From Nanobdellota archaeon (lineage in GTDB: Archaea; Nanobdellota; Nanobdellia; Woesearchaeales; CG1-02-33-12): a stretch of DNA of 64,000 nt. This document shows positions 1 to 9,351 of this stretch, in pieces (the stretch's first letter is position 1; the number at the start of each line of letters is the position of its first letter). The notes beneath the pieces were generated by a model. The model was given only the letters and a program-made list of their open reading frames with translations. It was not told the origin of the DNA and made no database searches. Location: positions 33 through 64,032 of the forward strand of contig JAHJQG010000064.1 of NCBI GenBank assembly GCA_018819345.1. The letters run 5' to 3'. Both the position numbers and the translations under genes were made by a program.

Positions 1-80
1 GTGCCAGAAAAGATTGGCCTGGCCAAAGAGTGCAACCGGCTTCGGACCGGTTCATTGGGGTTCAAATCCCCACAGGCTCA
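1..80 (+). tRNA. tRNA-Arg(TCG), 3' part; 5' end lies upstream of the window, probably with an intron in the D-arm region
   Basis: Anticodon arm ACCGG-CTTCGGA-CCGGT (35-51), T arm TGGGG-TTCAAAT-CCCCA (56-72), 3' acceptor strand CAGGCTC-A (73-80). The complementary GAGCCTG is not at the expected place. Confidence 0.8.
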
Positions 81-147
81 CTACCCTTAAAATTAAAAAA
101 GAGAAATATTTATATAAATCGGTTCTAATGTAAAAAGCAGGTTAAAA

Positions 148-1314
148 ATGGTTAGAGGTAAATCACTCAAAATTCAAGTTCAACCAGATGTTCTGAAATG
201 GGCAATAAAGAATTCGGGTCTGCCTGAGAATCAAATAGCTAATAAAATAAAAGTAAATATTGATACATTAAATGATTGGTTAAGTGGAACCAAGAAACCT
301 ACATTGAGGCAATTAGAGAGCCTTTCTCAAATTCTTAAAAGACCTTTAGCTGCATTTTTTTTATCTAAACCTCCTGAAGAGAAGCCATTACCAAGGGATT
401 ATCGAATGATTCCAGATAAGATAGGTAAATTCAATAATAAGACAATATTAGCAATTAGAAAAGCGAGAAGGCTTCAGAGAGTCAGTAAAGAGCTTTCAGA
501 GAATCTTAAAACAGAAATGGAGACAGGAATACCATCAGTCAATTTATCTGATAATCCAAATTTAATTGCAGAGAAGTATCTAGAAATATTTAAAATTAAT
601 GAGGAAACTAGAAAAAAATGGAAATCTCCTTATGACGCACTTAATTACTTCAGAAACATATTGGAAGATAGAAATATTGTTGTTTTTAAAATATCAATGC
701 CTATAGAAGATGCAAGGGGGTTTACTCTAGTTGAAGAAGTCCCTCCCGTTATAGTTGTAAATTCTAAGGATTTACCTGAAGCGCAAGTATTTACTTTGTT
801 ACATGAATTTGGACATGTGCTTCTAAATAAATCTGGAGTTAGTATGCCAGATAATGCCTTATTTCAAAGAGAGGTTAACAAAGTTGAGAAATGGTGTAAT
901 GAATTTGCTTCAGCAATACTACTACCAGAAGATGTAGCTAAAACTACCTTTGAAAGAAATAAAGAGGATTTAATAGAGACCCAAACATTAAACAGATTGT
1001 CCAGAAAACTCAAGATAAGTAAAGCTATGCTTCTTTACAATATGTCCAAATTCAATTATATAACAAAATCTCAATACGAGTTAGTACTGAAGCGATATGA
1101 TCCTACTCAAATACCTACGAAAAAAGAGAAAAAGAAAAAAGGTGGAGGCGGAGTCAGTGCGGATAAGAAATGTATAAGTGAAAAAGGACAAATGTTTGTT
1201 TCTTTAGTTTCTAAAAATGTAAATGAGGGATTTATAACTCGCAGCGACGCTTTAGACTATTTATCAATAAAATCTCAGAATCTAGAAAAAGTAATGAGCC
1301 AGGCTATAAAATGA
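148..1314 (+). CDS. XRE-family HTH fused to ImmA/IrrE-type Zn metallopeptidase
   Basis: N-terminal HTH (IANKIKVNIDTLNDWLSGTKKPT) and FTLLHEFGH HExxH motif followed by EKWCNEFASAILLP. Confidence 0.9.
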   Translation: MVRGKSLKIQVQPDVLKWAIKNSGLPENQIANKIKVNIDTLNDWLSGTKKPTLRQLESLSQILKRPLAAFFLSKPPEEKPLPRDYRMIPDKIGKFNNKTILAIRKARRLQRVSKELSENLKTEMETGIPSVNLSDNPNLIAEKYLEIFKINEETRKKWKSPYDALNYFRNILEDRNIVVFKISMPIEDARGFTLVEEVPPVIVVNSKDLPEAQVFTLLHEFGHVLLNKSGVSMPDNALFQREVNKVEKWCNEFASAILLPEDVAKTTFERNKEDLIETQTLNRLSRKLKISKAMLLYNMSKFNYITKSQYELVLKRYDPTQIPTKKEKKKKGGGGVSADKKCISEKGQMFVSLVSKNVNEGFITRSDALDYLSIKSQNLEKVMSQAIK

Positions 1315-1811
1315 GTGATAGAAATTATTATGTTATTGATACAAGTTCCTTAATTGATTTGAATTATAGATATCCTGTTGATGTTTTTCCAGGTATTTGG
1401 AAAAATCTTGAAAAACTAATCGCTAATGAATTGTTGCTTTCTCCAAAAGAAGTTCTAAAAGAAATTAAAGATGAATCACTGAAAGAATGGGCTAAAAAAC
1501 AAAAAAAGCTATTCAGAGAGTTAGATGAATTACAAGTTCAAATTGTTCAAGAAATTCTTAAAAAATATCCATCATTAGCTAAGCCAGATAAGGATGGTCC
1601 TCAGGCAGACCCATTTGTAATAGCATTAGCTGTTTCTTTAGAAAAGGATCCACAAAAGACTTTAATAAAAACAATTAAAAAAAGAATTATTGTAACTGAA
1701 GAAAGGTTGAAAGGAAGTAAGGAGAAGATTCCTTTTGTGTGTAAAGATTATGACATTGATTGTATAAATGTAATTGAATTATTTAGAACTGAAGGTTGGA
1801 AATTTCAGTAA
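1311..1811 (+). CDS. PIN-domain protein (DUF4411-like)
   Basis: YVIDTSSLI N-terminus, ADPFVIALA, IVTEE, KIPFVC; overlaps the ImmA/IrrE gene by 4 nt, the usual partner arrangement. Confidence 0.85.
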   Translation: MSDRNYYVIDTSSLIDLNYRYPVDVFPGIWKNLEKLIANELLLSPKEVLKEIKDESLKEWAKKQKKLFRELDELQVQIVQEILKKYPSLAKPDKDGPQADPFVIALAVSLEKDPQKTLIKTIKKRIIVTEERLKGSKEKIPFVCKDYDIDCINVIELFRTEGWKFQ

Positions 1812-1929
1812 TTTTTCTTGGCCGATTCTCCTTAGCAATATCCTTTATTCTCATAAACTAGAAAGCTATTAAACTATTAATAAAGATTTACAAAGAATTA
1901 TCGGAATTCTTACAGATAGCAAATGTTAA

Positions 1930-1997
1930 GGTGACCACAAAATAATCCAAATGTAGTCACCTATTACCAAAACATTTAAATATGTAGTCACCTATTA
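1930..1997. promoter_or_regulatory. Imperfect 10-12-10 palindrome plus an extra direct-repeat half-site upstream of the Fic gene
   Basis: GGTGACCACA-N12-TGTAGTCACC (1930-1961); ATGTAGTCACCTATTA occurs at 1951-1966 and 1982-1997. Confidence 0.6.
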
Positions 1998-2004
1998 TAC
2001 TATA

Positions 2005-2961
2005 ATGCACATAGAAAAAAGAAAGAATGGAAAGAGAATAAAGTATTATCTTGCTCATTCATACAGGGAAGGCCAAAAAGTCCATAAATTCAGGAAATAC
2101 TTAGGACAGGATTTGACAAAAGAAAAACTAAATGAAAGAAAACAAATTGCAGAAAAGCTTATTTTAGAAGAAATACACAAGTACAATATTATCAAAGACC
2201 CCTTGCATTTTGAGCTCTCTAAAGAAGAGATAGAAGAAATTAAAGCATTAGAGGCTGAAATTCCTCTCAAAATATCCCATCTCTCAGAAAAAGACTGGCA
2301 GTCTTTCTCAGAAATATTTACATATAATACAAACGCAATAGAAGGAAGCAGATTAAACCAAAAAGAAGTAAATGACCTCTTGGAAAAAGACAAATGGCCC
2401 GAAAAGTCAAAAGAGGATATTGCAGAAGCGTATGGCGTTGATGAGGCAATACGATTTATAAGAGGAACAAAAGAGCATATATCAATAGCTCTTATTAAAA
2501 AAATACATAAGATAGTTTTCAAAAACTCAAAGCCTTTTGCAGGAAAGCTAAGAAAGAGAGGTGAAGAAGTAGTTGTGATGGACAGCAAAGGAAATGTTGT
2601 GCATGAAGGAGCATCTCAATCAAGAATAAATCACTTATTAAAAGAGCTTATTAATTGGTATGATAAAAATAAGACAAAATACCCAGCTTTGGTTCTTGGT
2701 GCAGTAGCTCATAACCAATTTGAGAATATTCATCCTTTCAAAGATGGAAATGGAAGAGTTGGAAGAATTCTCCTAAATAATATATTGATCAAGCATGGCT
2801 TGCCACCAATTAATATAGATTTCAAGAACAGGGCAGAATATTATAGCACACTAAAAGCATATGAACTAAACAAAAACTTAAAACCTACAATAAGTTTATA
2901 CATGAAAGAATACAAGAATCTAAAGAAGAAGTTAGATGACTACAAAAACAAGAAAAAGTAG
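2005..2961 (+). CDS. Fic/DOC family protein with an N-terminal basic beta-rich putative DNA-binding domain
   Basis: Canonical HPFKDGNGRVGR motif; YNTNAIEG inhibitory-helix-like motif. Confidence 0.92.
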   Translation: MHIEKRKNGKRIKYYLAHSYREGQKVHKFRKYLGQDLTKEKLNERKQIAEKLILEEIHKYNIIKDPLHFELSKEEIEEIKALEAEIPLKISHLSEKDWQSFSEIFTYNTNAIEGSRLNQKEVNDLLEKDKWPEKSKEDIAEAYGVDEAIRFIRGTKEHISIALIKKIHKIVFKNSKPFAGKLRKRGEEVVVMDSKGNVVHEGASQSRINHLLKELINWYDKNKTKYPALVLGAVAHNQFENIHPFKDGNGRVGRILLNNILIKHGLPPINIDFKNRAEYYSTLKAYELNKNLKPTISLYMKEYKNLKKKLDDYKNKKK

Positions 2962-2966
2962 TCACC
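2935..2966. repeat. Second copy of the 10-12-10 palindrome overlapping the Fic stop codon
   Basis: GATGACTACA-N12-AGTAGTCACC, same arms and spacing as 1930-1961. Confidence 0.6.
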
Positions 2967-3097
2967 AAGTGTTGCAAGTGATAAATTATAGCAAAGGATT
3001 GCCGGAATTATTTCAGCATTTCTGAAAGATTTAATATATTATTAGCAAAATTTTTATATGTTGGGTGATGATATGTTCTTATAAGATATTTACATTA

Positions 3098-3679
3098 ATG
3101 AAAATGGAAGAAATCATAAAATTAAGAAAACTATATGGCCTTAAAAAGGTTTACAGGGCCAACTCTGTTGAAAACAGGAAAGAAAGCTCTGCAGAGCATA
3201 GCTGGAGCTGTTTGATTTTAGCTGATTATTTCTTAAATATTACAGATATTAAACTTGATAGGCTAAAAGTATATGAATTATTGATGTATCATGATGTTAT
3301 AGAGATTGAGGCAGGAGACACACCCCTGCATAAAGAAGAAGAAAGAAAAAACCAAAGGGAAAAAGAACTAAAGGCATTAAATAAGTTAAAACATGAAATT
3401 CCCAGGGAATTAAAAACAAAATTTGTGAATTTAGTTAATGAGTTTGAGGAAAATAAAACAAAAGAAGCTAAATTTGCCCAGGCAATTGACAAACTTGATG
3501 CACAAATTCATGAATTAGACTATAAAAAAGACTGGAAAGGCTGGACTGAAGAATTTTTAAGAGCTGAAAAAGAAATATATTTCAAGGAATTTCCAAAAAT
3601 AAAACAAGCATTTGAAAAAATAACAGATTATGCAAGGGAAAATGGTTATTTTGACCAACGAAAATGGAAATTTTTTTAG
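3098..3679 (+). CDS. HD-domain phosphohydrolase (YfbR/HDDC2-like)
   Basis: R..ESSAEHSW, YHDVIE, EAKFAQAIDKLD; start placed at the ATG after a TATA-like element. Confidence 0.85.
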   Translation: MKMEEIIKLRKLYGLKKVYRANSVENRKESSAEHSWSCLILADYFLNITDIKLDRLKVYELLMYHDVIEIEAGDTPLHKEEERKNQREKELKALNKLKHEIPRELKTKFVNLVNEFEENKTKEAKFAQAIDKLDAQIHELDYKKDWKGWTEEFLRAEKEIYFKEFPKIKQAFEKITDYARENGYFDQRKWKFF

Positions 3680-3717
3680 TAGCAATATTTAAATAATATC
3701 CCTTATTTTTTCATTCT

Positions 3718-4323
3718 ATGAAGCTTATAATAACAAGGCATGCACAAACAAGCTGGAATAAAGAAAATCCAACTAGGTTTCAGGGCATTAAAGATACTGA
3801 TTTATCTAAAGAAGGAAAAGAGCAGGCAAGAAAGTTGGCCTTAAGATTAAAAGACCATAAAATTAAATTAATATTTACAAGCCCGCTAAAAAGAACACTG
3901 GAAACTGCCAAAGAGATTAAGAAATTTCATCCAAAAGCAGAAATTATTGTTGATAATGACCTTAAGGAACTGGATTTTGGCATATTAGAGGGATTAACAG
4001 ATCAGGGAATACAGGAAAAATACAAGGAAATATGGGAAGCAAGGGAAAAAGACAAGTTTAACTATAAGATTCCCAAAGGAGAAAGCTATGCAGAAACAGA
4101 GGTAAGGGCTTTAAGAATTCTTAATAAAATAATTAAAACAAAAAAAGATTCAGTAATTGTTGCCCATGCTACAATAAACAAATTATTTTTTAAGAAATTA
4201 TTGAAAAAACCGCTTGAAGACATCAGCAGAAATTTCTTTAACAACACATCTGTCTCTGTATTTAATATTAAGGATAATGATGTTTTTGTTGAAGAATTCA
4301 ATTGTGATAAGCATCTGAGGTAA
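3718..4323 (+). CDS. Histidine phosphatase family protein (PGAM/CobC-like)
   Basis: ITRHAQT, SPLKRT, LKELDFG, GES and VAH motifs. Confidence 0.88.
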   Translation: MKLIITRHAQTSWNKENPTRFQGIKDTDLSKEGKEQARKLALRLKDHKIKLIFTSPLKRTLETAKEIKKFHPKAEIIVDNDLKELDFGILEGLTDQGIQEKYKEIWEAREKDKFNYKIPKGESYAETEVRALRILNKIIKTKKDSVIVAHATINKLFFKKLLKKPLEDISRNFFNNTSVSVFNIKDNDVFVEEFNCDKHLR

Positions 4324-4334
4324 TGAAAAGGTAA

Positions 4335-4826
4335 TCAAAAATTTTTATTCCATTCACCAGCTTCTTTTCCTTTTATGACCTTGTCAAGCATCTCCAGCTC
4401 TTCATATATCCCTGCAATTAACTTATACTTTTTTGCTTGTTTAAAAGTTACCCAGGCATATTCTGTCAGTGCAGGACAAAGCTTGACTTTTCCATCAAGA
4501 TAGTCTGCATAAAGGCTTACAATAAGTGTTGGAATCATGTCAGAACGAACATAAGCAAGGCTTGTTAAATACCTAATATTTTTTATTTTTAGCCCAGTCT
4601 CTTCCATTACTTCTCTCTTAAGCAGGTTTTCAAATATATTATACCAATGTGAGGAAGTATCTTTTGGTCTTTTTATATAATCATTAAGTTCTAATTTACC
4701 GCCTGGAACTGTCCACTGGTTTGGAAATGCTTTTTCTGTTGGTGATCTTTTTGTGATTAGAAATTTATTATCTTTTATGATTATCCCTGTTACAACAACA
4801 TAATGTGCCTTATTTTTATCATGCAT
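4335..4826 (-). CDS. NUDIX hydrolase
   Basis: WTVPGG...REVMEETGL Nudix box with insertion; likely start MHDKNK at 4826. Confidence 0.85.
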   Translation of the reverse strand: MHDKNKAHYVVVTGIIIKDNKFLITKRSPTEKAFPNQWTVPGGKLELNDYIKRPKDTSSHWYNIFENLLKREVMEETGLKIKNIRYLTSLAYVRSDMIPTLIVSLYADYLDGKVKLCPALTEYAWVTFKQAKKYKLIAGIYEELEMLDKVIKGKEAGEWNKNF

Positions 4827-4906
4827 AAAGTAAACTAAAAATTCTAAATATAAAAGACTTTCTTTTTCCCAAAAGTTATTTAAGTTAGATATTTTCCCTT
4901 TTTTTG

Positions 4907-6334
4907 ATGCACGAGACAAAAAACATTATTAAAGGCGACTTAAAGAAAGTAATTTTGAGGCTTTCCTGGCCTATGATGATTTCAAACCTTCTCCAGGCAA
5001 CTTATAACATAACAGACACATTCTGGGTTGGCAGGCTTGGAAGCTATGCAATTGCAGCAGTGACAATCAGTTTTCCCCTTGTTTTTGTTATGATAGCTAT
5101 TGCAATGGGAATTGGTGTTGGCGGCTCTATACTTATAGCGCATGCAGCAGGAAAGGCATTTAAGACAAAAAAGGAAAAAGACAAAAAACAGATTAACCTT
5201 ATAACCTCGCAGACTTTTGTTCTGCTTTTTTTAGCTGCAGTTGCAGTGTCTTTTATTGGCTTTTTATTTACTCCCAAGATTGTTTCACTGTTAAGTTCTG
5301 AACAGGCTGTTTTTGAAAGCGCAGTTGTTTACATGAGAACAATATTTATAGGCTTTTCATTTATGGTTCTTTATTATGTTTTTGAGGCAGCATTAAGGGC
5401 ACTGGGAAACACAAAAACACCAATGAAATTTGTTTTTATCTCAGTATTAATTAATGTGATCCTTGACCCAATACTTATTTTTGGATTAGGGCCTTTTCCA
5501 AAGATGGGTGTTTTTGGAGCAGCCTTAGCCACTGTAATCTCAAGAGCAATCATAAGCTTAATTGCACTCTATCATTTAATCAAAGGAACTTATGGAATAA
5601 GATTTGAACTTGATTTCCTAAAGCCAAAAATAAAGGTAATAAAGGATATTCTTAAGCTTGGAATCCCAACCACTTTTGAAATGGGATCAATAGCTATAGG
5701 GTCCTTTATGATTACTTACATAGTTGGTGCTTTGGGAACTGCAACATTAGCTGCTTTTGGAATTGTCACGAGATTATTCAGTTTTTTCATGATTCCCTCA
5801 TTAGCAATATCTGTTTCAATATCAACAATAGTTGCCCAGAATTTTGGTGCTGGGAATCTCAAGAGAGCATTTATTTCATTGAAAGAATCTGCAAAATTAG
5901 GATTTAAGATAATAATTGTTATCAGTGTTTTTACCTTTATGTTTTCAAGACAAATAATAAGTGCTTTTACAGTTGATGCAGAAGTTATTTATCTTGGAAC
6001 CATGTTTTTAAGGATTATTTCTCCATTTATAATCCTCGGCTTTGGAAGGCATGTTTTCATAGGGTTCTTCAGGGGAATAAAGCGTACAGATATTTCAATG
6101 GCTGTGAGCATTATCAACCATTTTATATTAAGGATAGGGGGTGCTTATGTGCTTGCTTTTGTTTTTAATTTAAAGGCAGTGGGAATCTGGTGGTCTTATC
6201 CGTCAATGATGTTTTTAAGCCTTATTATTACATACATCATCTATTTGAGGATTAAGAAGAATATCATAAAAAAGAAAGTGGATGTTGAGGGCATAATATT
6301 AAAATCTGAAGCAGAGTCAGAGATTGTTGAATAA
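4907..6334 (+). CDS. MATE family efflux transporter
   Basis: About 12 hydrophobic segments; DTFWVGRLG, LRALGNTKTPM, NVILDPILIFG, GAALATVIS. Confidence 0.92.
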   Translation: MHETKNIIKGDLKKVILRLSWPMMISNLLQATYNITDTFWVGRLGSYAIAAVTISFPLVFVMIAIAMGIGVGGSILIAHAAGKAFKTKKEKDKKQINLITSQTFVLLFLAAVAVSFIGFLFTPKIVSLLSSEQAVFESAVVYMRTIFIGFSFMVLYYVFEAALRALGNTKTPMKFVFISVLINVILDPILIFGLGPFPKMGVFGAALATVISRAIISLIALYHLIKGTYGIRFELDFLKPKIKVIKDILKLGIPTTFEMGSIAIGSFMITYIVGALGTATLAAFGIVTRLFSFFMIPSLAISVSISTIVAQNFGAGNLKRAFISLKESAKLGFKIIIVISVFTFMFSRQIISAFTVDAEVIYLGTMFLRIISPFIILGFGRHVFIGFFRGIKRTDISMAVSIINHFILRIGGAYVLAFVFNLKAVGIWWSYPSMMFLSLIITYIIYLRIKKNIIKKKVDVEGIILKSEAESEIVE

Positions 6335-6348
6335 TTCTTTGGTTTTTA

Positions 6349-6432
6349 TGCGGGAGACGTGATTCGAACACGCGTACCCACTAAGAGACAAGGCTCTGAA
6401 CCTTGCGCATTTGGCCACTCTGCCACTCCCGC
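6349..6432 (-). tRNA. tRNA-Leu(CAG)
   Basis: Reverse complement folds as GCGGGAG acceptor, CAAGG-TTCAGAG-CCTTG anticodon arm, long variable arm and GTTCGAATC T loop. Confidence 0.95.
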
Positions 6433-6552
6433 GTGTATCTAGGAATATAAGCAAGATATTTAAAATTTATTAAAATCACTTATTTGTTAATGAAAGCCTT
6501 TAATCAAACTAAAACAAAAAGATTTTAAATAAAGGATAAAATCAGATTAAAT

Positions 6553-7989
6553 ATGGCCAAAAAGCAAACACTAGGACTAAATGTAAAGAAAAACGATAAT
6601 TTAAGTGAGTGGTACACGCAGGTTGTGCAAAAAGCAGAGCTTGCTGACTATAGCTCTGTTTCTGGCTGCATGGTTTTGAGGCCCAATTCATATGCTATCT
6701 GGGAAAATATACAGAAAATCTTTGACAGCATGCTAAAGAAAACAGGCCACAAGAACGCATACTTTCCTTTATTTATACCTGAGCATCTTCTAATAAAAGA
6801 AAAAGAGCATGTCAAGGGCTTTGCACCAGAAGTGGCCTGGGTAACACATGCTGGCAATACAAAGATGAAAGAAAGGCTTGCTATAAGGCCTACATCTGAA
6901 ACAATAATAAATGAGTCATATGCAAAATGGGTGAGATCCTGGAGAGACCTGCCTTTATTAATAAACCAGTGGTGCAATATTGTAAGATGGGAATTCAAGT
7001 ATCCAAAGCCTTTTCTTAGAACAAGGGAGTTTTTATGGCAGGAAGGCCACACTGTTCATGCAACAGAAAAAGAAGCAGATAAAGAAGTAATGGATATTCT
7101 TAGCATGTATAAGGATTTAATGGAAAATTATCTTGCAATCCCTGTTCTTACTGGCAAAAAAACAGAAAAAGAGAAATTTGCAGGAGCTGTTTATACAATG
7201 GCTCTTGAGGCATTTATGCCGGATGGCAAGGCATTGCAGATGGGCACATCACATATGCTTGGGCAGAATTTTGCAAAAGCATTTAAGATAAAATTCCTGG
7301 GAAAGGATGAAAAATATCATATACCATGGCAGACTTCCTGGGGAATAAGCACAAGAATGATAGGGGCAATAATAATGGTTCATGGGGATGATAATGGCTT
7401 GATAATACCACCAAAAATAGCCCCAATCCATGCAGTCATAGTTCCAATCCTTTTTGACAAATCAAAAGAAAAAATACTGAAAAAAGCAGAGGAAATAAAA
7501 AATAAATTAAAGGATTATAATATTGAAATAGACAAGAGAGAGGAATACTCCCCTGGATGGAAATTTCATGAATGGGAGCTAAAAGGAGTCCCATTGAGGA
7601 TAGAGCTCGGTCCAAGGGATTTAGAGAAAAACCAGGTTGTTCTGGTAAGAAGGGATACAGGAGAAAAAAATTCTGTTAAAATAAAAAAATTAAATAAAAA
7701 AATTAAACAAACCCTTGATAAAATCCAGAAAAACCTTTTCACAAAAGCAAAAAGTTTCCTCAATAAAAATATTGTTGAGGTTAATAACTGGAAAGATTTT
7801 TTAAAGGCAATAAAAGCAAAGAAAATACCAAAGGCTTTTTTCTGCGGAGAAAAAGAATGCGAGGACTTAATCAAATTTGAATCAGATGGCGCAACCTCAA
7901 GATGCATTGAATCTAATAAAGAAGCTGGAAAATGCATTAAATGCAACAAAAAGGCCAAATACAAAATTTACTTCAGCAAGTCATACTAA
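6553..7989 (+). CDS. proS: Proline--tRNA ligase, archaeal/eukaryotic type
   Basis: RPTSET, FLRTREFLWQEGHT, QTSWGISTR, C-terminal Zn-binding region ending SY. Confidence 0.97.
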   Translation: MAKKQTLGLNVKKNDNLSEWYTQVVQKAELADYSSVSGCMVLRPNSYAIWENIQKIFDSMLKKTGHKNAYFPLFIPEHLLIKEKEHVKGFAPEVAWVTHAGNTKMKERLAIRPTSETIINESYAKWVRSWRDLPLLINQWCNIVRWEFKYPKPFLRTREFLWQEGHTVHATEKEADKEVMDILSMYKDLMENYLAIPVLTGKKTEKEKFAGAVYTMALEAFMPDGKALQMGTSHMLGQNFAKAFKIKFLGKDEKYHIPWQTSWGISTRMIGAIIMVHGDDNGLIIPPKIAPIHAVIVPILFDKSKEKILKKAEEIKNKLKDYNIEIDKREEYSPGWKFHEWELKGVPLRIELGPRDLEKNQVVLVRRDTGEKNSVKIKKLNKKIKQTLDKIQKNLFTKAKSFLNKNIVEVNNWKDFLKAIKAKKIPKAFFCGEKECEDLIKFESDGATSRCIESNKEAGKCIKCNKKAKYKIYFSKSY

Positions 7990-8575
7990 TTCTTATTAAA
8001 TCATTTAATTCTTTACTCATGCTTAAAGCAACTGCCAGAGCGCCGTTCTCTGCATTTCCTGATGAGCCTGCAAAGCATATAATCAATATATCTCCTTTTT
8101 TGAAATCAAAGCATTTAAGGATTTTATCATATGCTTTTTTGTAATTTTCCTTAAAATTAATATCTGCATCTGGAATATAAAGTTCTTTATCAAATTTTAG
8201 AATAACAGCACCATCTGCCCCTTGTTTAACAGCAATATCCCTTTGCTCAAAACTTATTTTTATGTTTTTATCTGCTTTCTTTAATAAAACAACTGCTTTT
8301 TCAAGCTCAGGGTAAAAATCCTCTAACATTAATCTTTTAACCACTATGCTCTTTTCTATTTTTTTAAAAAATAAACTGCCTTTTTCAGTCAATGAATGCC
8401 CTCTTTTCGTAGAGTAAATTAAATTTTTGTCTTTTAAAATATCCAAGATTGTTCTTACAGTTCCCTCACCCAAAGCAAGTTTAGTAACAAGTTCATTCCT
8501 GCTAATATTCTCTTTCATCAGCAAAAATGCCCTTATAATATCTGTTTTTACATAGCCAGGTATGTTGCCTACCAT
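7973..8575 (-). CDS. wHTH protein (DUF4443/DUF2111-like)
   Basis: SRNELVTKLALGEGTVRTIL HTH; QRDIAVKQGADGA. Confidence 0.7.
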   Translation of the reverse strand: MVGNIPGYVKTDIIRAFLLMKENISRNELVTKLALGEGTVRTILDILKDKNLIYSTKRGHSLTEKGSLFFKKIEKSIVVKRLMLEDFYPELEKAVVLLKKADKNIKISFEQRDIAVKQGADGAVILKFDKELYIPDADINFKENYKKAYDKILKCFDFKKGDILIICFAGSSGNAENGALAVALSMSKELNDLIRISMTC

Positions 8576-8619
8576 AAGAAACAAAAGCCTTATATAGTAT
8601 TTATAGTTTTCTGTTGGAT

Positions 8620-9282
8620 ATGATATCCAACAACATTAAAGAAAATCATAAAATCCTTTGCGTAAAAAAAATTAACAATATCAAGGAAAATCGCAAATCA
8701 ATCAGCGTAAAAGAGAATAAAAAGACTAACAAAATCAAGGAAAAATCAATAAGCGTAAAAAAGACTAAAAATCTTATTGAATTAATAGAAATAATTGAAC
8801 AGATAAAAAAACAGCAGAACAAAGATAAAATAATCAATAAAGAAAAATCACCAAAAGAAAAAAAGGATTTAGAAGAACTTCCTGAAGTTGATAATAAAAA
8901 GACTTTCAGAAGATGGGAAAAGGATTATATCTCATTGATTCAGAACATAATTTACGAGAAATCATTTTATGACTCAACTTCTGGATTTGACTATGATAAT
9001 TACAAAATAAGTATAACTCAAAAAAAGCAAGAGCTATTTACCCAGTTTTATAATGGTATAAACACCCCATCAAAAGAAATAAAAAATTATGATTCCCCTA
9101 TCCTGGATAATCATAAGGTTGATGATATTTTGGAAAAAATAAAAGTCAGGCACATTTTAGGTCAGATTACTTCAGATTACATAGTGCCGGATGGTATTGA
9201 CCCAGATGATTTTGATAAATTCAAGATATTCAAGGAAGTAAACCGCCTTTGGATAAGCACAAAATATGCATTATCACTCTGA
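8620..9282 (+). CDS. Hypothetical protein with Lys-rich low-complexity N-terminus
   Basis: Open ORF with no recognisable motif; start uncertain. Confidence 0.5.
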   Translation: MISNNIKENHKILCVKKINNIKENRKSISVKENKKTNKIKEKSISVKKTKNLIELIEIIEQIKKQQNKDKIINKEKSPKEKKDLEELPEVDNKKTFRRWEKDYISLIQNIIYEKSFYDSTSGFDYDNYKISITQKKQELFTQFYNGINTPSKEIKNYDSPILDNHKVDDILEKIKVRHILGQITSDYIVPDGIDPDDFDKFKIFKEVNRLWISTKYALSL

Positions 9283-9351
9283 TGGATTCTTAAAAAAGTG
9301 AATATTTAAATATAGATTATGTTTTAAAAATCTTAACATAAAAAGAGGTGC

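Noticed and set aside
8680-8775. Short tandem duplication (KSISVK twice) in the hypothetical ORF
   Set aside because: Two degenerate copies in low-complexity A-rich coding sequence; no sign of a functional array
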